From a plasmid, in the sequence record NZ_CP104760.1: a stretch of 64,000 nucleotides of DNA. One strand, written 5' to 3'. Both the position numbers and the translations under genes were made by a program. The notes under the pieces were generated by a model, which made no database searches, was not told the DNA's origin, and saw only the letters and a program-made list of their open reading frames with translations. Numbering within the stretch: the first letter of the stretch is position 1; every line of letters starts with the position of its first letter. Positions 58,212-64,000 of the stretch are shown piece after piece.

Positions 58212-59711
58212 ATGAGTCTGTTCTCAGGATTAATTAAATCGTTATCAAAATTGTCGATGATAGGGCGCGCCTTGATGTTGCCTATCTCGCTGCTGCCTGC
58301 CGCTGGCCTGTTACTGGCTTTCGGCGACAAATTTCATTTGCCGCTGATGATGAATGCCGGGGGCGTCATCTTCGATAATTTACCGATGCTGTTCGCTATC
58401 GGTTCCGCGGTCGGGCTGGCTTCGGAGTCGGGAATCGCGGCGCTGTCGGCTGCGGTGTCGGTCTTTGTGACCAATATTACGATCGGCACGGTGATGGGCA
58501 TTACCCCGGAGATGGCGTCGCAGGGGGGCAAATATGCGATGGTGGTGGGGATCCCCACGTTGCAAATGGGGGTATTCGGCGGCCTGATTTGCGGCGTGCT
58601 CGCCGCCTGGTGTTATAACCGCTTCCATACTTTGCAGCTGCCTGAGTTCCTCGGTTTCTTCTCCGGCAAACGCTTTGTCGCCATCGCGACGGCCTGTTTA
58701 TCCTTTTTAATGGGGCTGCTGCTGCCTTATGTCTGGCAGCATATCCAGTCGGGCATTGATGCGCTCTCTGTGATGGTAAACGGCAACAACCAGGCGGCAT
58801 CCACCTTTATTTTCGGTCTGGTAGAGCGCGCGCTTATTCCGCTCGGACTGCATCATATCTGGTATCCCTCTTTCTGGTACTCGTTTGGCGACTACACCAC
58901 CCATGCCGGGCTGGTGATCCATGGCGATCAGACCATCTGGTTTAAGATGCTGGAAGAGGGCGTGAAATCCTTTAGCAGCGACTCGTACCAGAACGCCGGT
59001 AAGTTTATGCAGGGCGAATTCCCGTTGATGCTGTTTGCTCTGCCTGCCGCCTGCCTTGCTATGTATCACGAAGCGCATACCGCCAATAAGAAGATCGCGG
59101 CAGGGATCCTCTTTTCCGCCGCGCTGACCTGCTTTTTGACCGGGATCACGGAGCCCGTTGAGTTTACCTTTATCTTTGTGGCGCCGGTGCTCTACGTCTT
59201 TAACGCCATCATGGCGGGCCTGGCCTACATGATGATGTATCTGATGCATGCGCATATCGCTAAATCCTTCTCCGCCGGCTTTATCGATTATCTGTCGTTT
59301 GGCATCCTGCCGTCCTTTAACGGATATCAGACTAACTACCTGAACGCCGTGATCATCGGCGTGCCGATGGGACTGATTTACTACTTTACCTTCCGCTATG
59401 TCATCCGCCGTCTGGATATTAAAACCCCAGGCCGCACGCTGGTCACGGCCAGTGTGAACGATAAATCGGATAACGAGGTCGCAACGGAAATCATTGGCTT
59501 GCTTGGCGGGGCACAAAATATCAATACTGTGGGATCCTGCATCACCCGGTTGCGTCTTGACGTAGTGAAAAGCGAGCTGGTAGATAAAGATGGCCTTAAC
59601 GGCGTTGGCGCACGCGGCGTGGTCTTTATCGGCGATACGGGAATACAGGTGATTTTTGGCGCCCGCGCGCAGTTTATCGCGCAAACCATGCAGACCATGC
59701 TGGCAAAATAA
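58212..59711 (+). CDS. PTS system EIICB component, glucose/maltose/alpha-glucoside family
   Basis: 499 aa. EIIC membrane domain. C-terminal EIIB with phosphocysteine motif VGSCITRLRLDV. Confidence 0.85.
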   Translation: MSLFSGLIKSLSKLSMIGRALMLPISLLPAAGLLLAFGDKFHLPLMMNAGGVIFDNLPMLFAIGSAVGLASESGIAALSAAVSVFVTNITIGTVMGITPEMASQGGKYAMVVGIPTLQMGVFGGLICGVLAAWCYNRFHTLQLPEFLGFFSGKRFVAIATACLSFLMGLLLPYVWQHIQSGIDALSVMVNGNNQAASTFIFGLVERALIPLGLHHIWYPSFWYSFGDYTTHAGLVIHGDQTIWFKMLEEGVKSFSSDSYQNAGKFMQGEFPLMLFALPAACLAMYHEAHTANKKIAAGILFSAALTCFLTGITEPVEFTFIFVAPVLYVFNAIMAGLAYMMMYLMHAHIAKSFSAGFIDYLSFGILPSFNGYQTNYLNAVIIGVPMGLIYYFTFRYVIRRLDIKTPGRTLVTASVNDKSDNEVATEIIGLLGGAQNINTVGSCITRLRLDVVKSELVDKDGLNGVGARGVVFIGDTGIQVIFGARAQFIAQTMQTMLAK

Positions 59712-59761
59712 CAGGTGACTCATGTCTCCGGCTCCGGCTGGAGACGCTATTTCAAGGCAGG

Positions 59762-60799
59762 ATGATTCCTTCAGGAGCAGGTTTGAAAAAAGTCAGCATC
59801 ATTGATGTTGCCAAAGAGGCTGGCGTATCCGTCTCTACCGTCTCACTGGTGTTGCGGCAGAAAGGCAAGATCTCCGACGCGACCATTGCAAAGGTGCAGG
59901 CAGCTATTGAGCAACTGGGCTATGTGCATAACGTAGCGGCGGCTAATCTGCGCGCCAGCACTTCAAACCTGATAGGTCTGATCCTCTGCGATTTTAGCGA
60001 CAGCTATGCCATCAAAGTGATGGCAAGCGTGGTAAAGGAATTAGAAAAACACGGATTTATGGTGTTTCTTGGCCAGCCCCAGGATAACGGGGCCAGCCTT
60101 GAGCGTTGTCTTCTCTCATTCAAACAGCAGGGCGTGGCGGGCATTATTTATCTGACCTCTGACACTAAGCACGCCACGCTGCCTGAACAGCTTCGCCAGT
60201 GCCCGTTGCCATTGGTTGTCGTCTCTCAGATATTGATTAATGAGGCCTGTAACCTGGTCATGCGCGACAACCGACAGGCCGCCGCGCTGGCGACACGCTA
60301 TCTGCTGGAACGCGGACACCGTAATATCGGTTACATCGGTGGGCAGGCCGACTGTCTGCTTCGCATGCAGCGACTGCAGGGATTTCGCGCCAGCCTGCAG
60401 CAAAACGGCATTGTGCAAAAAGAGGACTCGGCGCCCGCATGCAGCGAAGATACCTGGGCGGCAAGCCAGGTCACTCGCCATCTGCTGGAAAAAAACCACA
60501 CCCTGACCGCGCTGCTTTGTCATTCGCCGACGGCGCTGATTGGCGCCATTAACGGGATTCATCAGGTCGGGCGCACGCTGGGTAAGGATCTGTTTCTGAC
60601 GCAGCAAGTGGCGCTGATCGGCTTTGAAGATATGCTGCACGTCAATCTTACCTCGCCGTCGTTGACCTGCGTGTCATCCGCCAGCGAGGAAACCGGGCGG
60701 CAGGCAGCAGAGCTGATGATGAGTCAGATCAGGGAGCCCGCGTTGCCGACGCAGCGCATTATGCTGAGCGGGGAGCTTGTCGTCAGGGAGTCGGCGTAG
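59762..60799 (+). CDS. LacI-family transcriptional regulator
   Basis: HTH: VSIIDVAKEAGVSVSTVSLVLRQKG. Periplasmic-binding-protein-like effector domain. True start may be TTG 59786. Confidence 0.8.
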   Translation: MIPSGAGLKKVSIIDVAKEAGVSVSTVSLVLRQKGKISDATIAKVQAAIEQLGYVHNVAAANLRASTSNLIGLILCDFSDSYAIKVMASVVKELEKHGFMVFLGQPQDNGASLERCLLSFKQQGVAGIIYLTSDTKHATLPEQLRQCPLPLVVVSQILINEACNLVMRDNRQAAALATRYLLERGHRNIGYIGGQADCLLRMQRLQGFRASLQQNGIVQKEDSAPACSEDTWAASQVTRHLLEKNHTLTALLCHSPTALIGAINGIHQVGRTLGKDLFLTQQVALIGFEDMLHVNLTSPSLTCVSSASEETGRQAAELMMSQIREPALPTQRIMLSGELVVRESA

Positions 60800-60932
60800 T
60801 GGTTGTGTACGCCGGAAAGATGACATAAACGTTGCTGGCCGTTCATGCCAGGGGGATTGCGGAAAAGAAGAAAAGAGGTGGGCTCAGCGGCCCTCGTCAA
60901 AGCTTTACCCCAGATTGCCTGGGGTATTTTAT

Positions 60933-62207
60933 TTACAGCATGCTGTAGAGCAGCGCGGACATGGTGAGCAGGCCACCGATAATAACGGTGATTGCCATCC
61001 CGCCTCTCAGCGCATGCAGCTCCTTTCTGGTATAGACAAGGTAAGAAGGGATAGCGAACACAAAGATAGCAATCAGAGGCCCGCATACCGTTTCAATCAG
61101 CGCCATTACATCAGGGTTCCAGTATGCGACCGCAAACGACACCGCAAACAAGATTGCGAACGCCATGGCTTTTGCCCGCTTACGGCCCGCGTCATCTTTT
61201 ACGCCAACAGCATCGCCGATGAGCGTTGAGAAGGTTTCCGCAACCGGCAGGCAGACCCCAAGAAAGGATTTTGTCATCGCCACCATGGCGATAAAAGGCG
61301 CAATCAAAAATAACAGGCCAGCCCCCCCGCTCCCTTCCATAACGGAAAGTACATTCAGGTTTTGTGCTCGGGCATTCACAAACACGTCATGCGGCATGCT
61401 CAGCACGCAGCTCAGGACGAAAAAGATAACGCTGGAAAAAATGGCGCAATAAGCCAGACGAATCACGCTGACGGCTTTCTCTTCGCCGCCGTTTCCTTTT
61501 TCCAGATAATAAGAGGATAAAGGCGACATCATCGGCGCAGAACAAAAGGAGAAGGTGATCAACGGCAGCGTCAACCAGAGCGCTTTAAGTGAGATACCGG
61601 AAGACGCACCCGTGATTTCCTGCATTGACGCCGTCAGGTTTGAAAGATGCCAGGAAGGGATCTGCATCACAGCAATCAGCAAGAGAGAGAGCGCAAAGGG
61701 TATAGCCAGCGTGCTCATCGTACTTACAACACGGTCACGCCCTTTGCTTAACACAATAAACAAGCACGCGACGACGATGAATGACAACAGCGCGCGGCTG
61801 ACTTCGGCGAAGTGCAGATGGACGGTAAAATAGTTGTCCAGCGCGTTAACCAGTGAAACAGCGTAAACAAGCGTGACGGGGAAGTGGGCTACGCAGAAAA
61901 ATAGCTTAATGCCCTGACGGCCTTTCGGACCGAAAAATTTACCGAAGAGAGGAAGGGAGGCATTGTCTGCCTGCTTATCACGCATAAAGATGCGACAGAT
62001 CAGTAGATGCGGTACCAGAGACAGCGGTAAAGCCAGTAAAAACATCATTAACAACACGACAGCTCCCCGCGTGCCCACTTCTACTGGCAGAAAAAGCGTA
62101 CCCGCACCTACTGTCGTACCGTATACCCCCATCATCCAGACCGTATCTTTAATCGACCATGCTGTTCTGCTCGCGGCTACGTTTTTATTTTTTACTTGAG
62201 TATTCAT
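60933..62207 (-). CDS. HAAAP-family amino-acid permease (serine/threonine or aromatic amino-acid transporter-like)
   Basis: 424 aa, 11 TM-like segments. Size and composition of the SdaC/TdcC/Mtr family. Long AT-rich 5-prime leader. Confidence 0.6.
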   Translation of the reverse strand: MNTQVKNKNVAASRTAWSIKDTVWMMGVYGTTVGAGTLFLPVEVGTRGAVVLLMMFLLALPLSLVPHLLICRIFMRDKQADNASLPLFGKFFGPKGRQGIKLFFCVAHFPVTLVYAVSLVNALDNYFTVHLHFAEVSRALLSFIVVACLFIVLSKGRDRVVSTMSTLAIPFALSLLLIAVMQIPSWHLSNLTASMQEITGASSGISLKALWLTLPLITFSFCSAPMMSPLSSYYLEKGNGGEEKAVSVIRLAYCAIFSSVIFFVLSCVLSMPHDVFVNARAQNLNVLSVMEGSGGAGLLFLIAPFIAMVAMTKSFLGVCLPVAETFSTLIGDAVGVKDDAGRKRAKAMAFAILFAVSFAVAYWNPDVMALIETVCGPLIAIFVFAIPSYLVYTRKELHALRGGMAITVIIGGLLTMSALLYSML

Positions 62208-62764
62208 TTCTGCACTATATCTATTGAATGTTAAAACAATTACGCTACATTATTGCTTCTTCTTTAACTAAATCGACGCACTAGCGCATAAAAACACCTG
62301 AAATGGGGCGGGCCAGACGCTTATCAGAAGGCGTCGAATTGTCCGTTAAAATACCGCACAGGCCAAATCATTTCGTAGAAGTGTGACCAGACTGGCTGAA
62401 GGATGCTGCATTGTTATGCTCATCTTGCCAGCGTCAAACACTGGTCAGGGCGGCTGGGCGCTGGATGCCTGCCGGGACAGATGCTGCAAAATGTTCTTAC
62501 CATGCTGATATTTTCACGAAGCAAAAAAATATTTCGCTTACGGCAGTTGTTTTTGCTGTTTCATATCATTAATTATCTGGGTCTGGGTAACGAATTAAAT
62601 ACGTCGCCACACCAAAAAAATATTGCTACGTCGGGGATATTACTATTGCTGGTGCTTACAGAGATATTTTAAGTGCGCTTTTATATTAAGGGTCAGGCAA
62701 AAGCATGGCCATGTAATTTTAAATTTAAAAGGTAATGCTTATCCGCACCCTACAGCATAAAAAA

Positions 62765-62794
62765 AGCCCCATCAAAAAATGCTGGGGCTTTTTT
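62765..62794 (-). terminator. rho-independent terminator AGCCCCA-loop-TGGGGCT flanked by A- and T-runs
   Basis: 7-bp stem. A7 before and T6 after, so functional in either direction. Follows the minus-strand gene that ends at 62886. Confidence 0.7.
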
Positions 62795-62885
62795 ATATAA
62801 CTGCCGGACGATTCAACCGATCATTTATTTAACCGTTCGGTTCCGGCATGTTTTTTAAGGCGAAAATGGCTATCAGCTTTACGCT

Positions 62886-63980
62886 TTATGAGTCCCAGAT
62901 AGCACCGTACGCCCCGCGGCCACGAGCCTCACACCCTTCCACCACGTAATCAGTAAGCCCACGGTTTGCAATGCACACTACCGCTTCCGCCTCTATGCGT
63001 TCTGCTTCCTGCCAGGCAAGCTCCAGCAGATCCGGTTTACCCTTCGCATCGGTGTCCCAGATAATGATATCCGGCACCACGGTCAGCACCTCGTCAACAA
63101 AAGCATCGCCGTAGGTAAGACGGGGATTACGCGTTGACCAGATCAGACTGCGGCGCGGCCGGTTAGCCACCAGGTGGGGTAGCAGAGGGCCAATACCGCT
63201 GCCCGTGGCGACAAACACCACTGAGTGAAAGAGCTGATGCACACTGCCAACGCCAGGCGTGGGAATGCCGCGAAACCAGACATGGCCTGGCGGATTATCA
63301 ATAAACTCGCTGGTCCAGTCACCCGCCCGTGAAACCAGCATCCGGCAGCCGCGCCCCTGCAGCACCGGGATGTTAGCAAACGCATGCCATTCACTCAGCG
63401 GATGACGACTAATGGTAAACGACGAGCCGGTAAAGGGATCGCGTGGCAAGTTGAAATGCAGCAGCACCGCATGCTCCGACGGGCGGGTAAAGGTCACCGG
63501 TACCCGACGCAGATGAAGCCAGGGCACCAGCACACTGACAGTAATGGTCAGCAGCCCCCAGAAGGCGGGTAGCATGTACACTGAATGGTGCGTGTCACGG
63601 GCAAAACAGCTTACCTGAGCCCATGAGAGAAACAGTGCCAGCCAGCCAACGTAGCGATGAACGTGTTCAAACTGATTATGATAACGCGCGCGCACCGCCG
63701 GCAGGGCCATCAGGCAGATCAACGCCAGCAGCAGCCCCAGCATAAGATTAAGCATCACCAGCTGCAGTGAAACGCCCGGCAAATGATGCATATAGTTCCA
63801 GCAAACGCCGGCCGTAAATCCCAGCGTCCATAAAGTGGCAAATAATGCACAACCTGAATGTATCCCGCCAAAGTGATAGACCTTGGCCAGATGTCGACGC
63901 ACCTTTAATGGCCAGTTTCGCGGGGTTTTCCAGACAAGGCGGAACAGCAGATTAATCAGATATTGCTGACGAATAAGCAC
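62886..63980 (-). CDS. ferric-reductase-like transmembrane oxidoreductase (His-rich TM domain plus FNR-like FAD/NAD-binding domain); N-terminus may lie beyond window
   Basis: N-terminal half multi-TM with conserved His residues. C-terminal GSGIGPL NAD-binding-type motif. Reading frame stays open to the window edge and the annotated start is GTG. Confidence 0.5.
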   Translation of the reverse strand: MLIRQQYLINLLFRLVWKTPRNWPLKVRRHLAKVYHFGGIHSGCALFATLWTLGFTAGVCWNYMHHLPGVSLQLVMLNLMLGLLLALICLMALPAVRARYHNQFEHVHRYVGWLALFLSWAQVSCFARDTHHSVYMLPAFWGLLTITVSVLVPWLHLRRVPVTFTRPSEHAVLLHFNLPRDPFTGSSFTISRHPLSEWHAFANIPVLQGRGCRMLVSRAGDWTSEFIDNPPGHVWFRGIPTPGVGSVHQLFHSVVFVATGSGIGPLLPHLVANRPRRSLIWSTRNPRLTYGDAFVDEVLTVVPDIIIWDTDAKGKPDLLELAWQEAERIEAEAVVCIANRGLTDYVVEGCEARGRGAYGAIWDS

Positions 63981-64000
63981 GGTAATTAATAAATTACCCA

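Noticed and set aside
58707-59723. 338-aa minus-strand ORF
   Set aside because: Antisense to the PTS EIICB gene.
1-64000. CRISPR arrays, rRNA/tRNA genes, intact IS/transposase or integrase genes
   Set aside because: Looked for regularly spaced direct repeats, tRNA-like cloverleaf-flanked islands and transposase/integrase motifs. None found. The only mobile-element-like signal is the decayed low-GC remnant at 46.1-47.3 kb.

Overview
High-GC (~57-60%) chromosomal segment that looks enterobacterial (Klebsiella/Enterobacter-like gene content; a guess from homologs I recognise). It is densely packed with accessory metabolic, transport and signalling modules. No rRNA/tRNA genes, CRISPR arrays or intact IS elements were seen.

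In order along the window:
1. 0.1-2.7 kb: LysR regulator, GNAT, Hsp20 and small proteins.
2. 2.9-7.7 kb, minus strand: amidohydrolase-DoxX-MFS-alpha/beta hydrolase operon.
3. 8.0-9.3 kb: YcaC-like isochorismatase plus two tandem XapX-domain mini-proteins.
4. 9.3-15.9 kb: unusual signalling module. A stand-alone receiver is translationally coupled to a 1855-aa protein-kinase-like/AAA/GAF/PAS/histidine-kinase fusion, and the module is closed by a convergent FixJ/NarL-type response regulator.
5. 16.4-17.8 kb: CtaG-like plus DUF2243 membrane-protein pair.
6. 17.8-19.4 kb: LysR regulator divergent from an SDR.
7. 19.5-26.0 kb, minus strand: omega-aminotransferase-mmsA-dadA-dadX operon with a divergent LysR regulator. 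This reads as beta-alanine-type catabolism with built-in pyruvate recycling.
8. 26.2-34.8 kb: polar-amino-acid ABC transporter plus a complete hydroxyproline-type catabolic set (DHDPS-like deaminase, FAD dehydrogenase, aldehyde dehydrogenase, Cys/Cys proline-racemase-family epimerase) and a GntR regulator.
9. 35.0-36.5 kb: two SDRs.
10. 37.0-39.4 kb: PQQ glucose dehydrogenase gcd, with a CRP-consensus site upstream.
11. 39.4-46.1 kb, minus strand: tightly coupled operon of two LLM-type flavin monooxygenases (NtaA/DszA-like and luciferase-like), a GNAT acetyltransferase, two substrate-binding proteins, a permease and an ATPase. Gene content strongly parallels the Bacillus ytmI S-alkylcysteine sulfur-salvage operon.
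12. 46.1-47.3 kb: low-GC spacer containing a frameshifted gene remnant.
13. 47.3-57.5 kb: complete aerobactin locus shiF/iucABCD/iutA plus a siderophore-interacting reductase, with a Fur box at the iucA promoter.
14. 58.2-60.8 kb: PTS EIICB gene preceded by a perfect 14-bp LacI-type palindrome, followed by a LacI-family regulator.
15. 60.9-64.0 kb: HAAAP amino-acid permease and a ferric-reductase-like membrane oxidoreductase that may run off the window edge.

All functional calls are from motif and homology recognition by eye, with no database searches.
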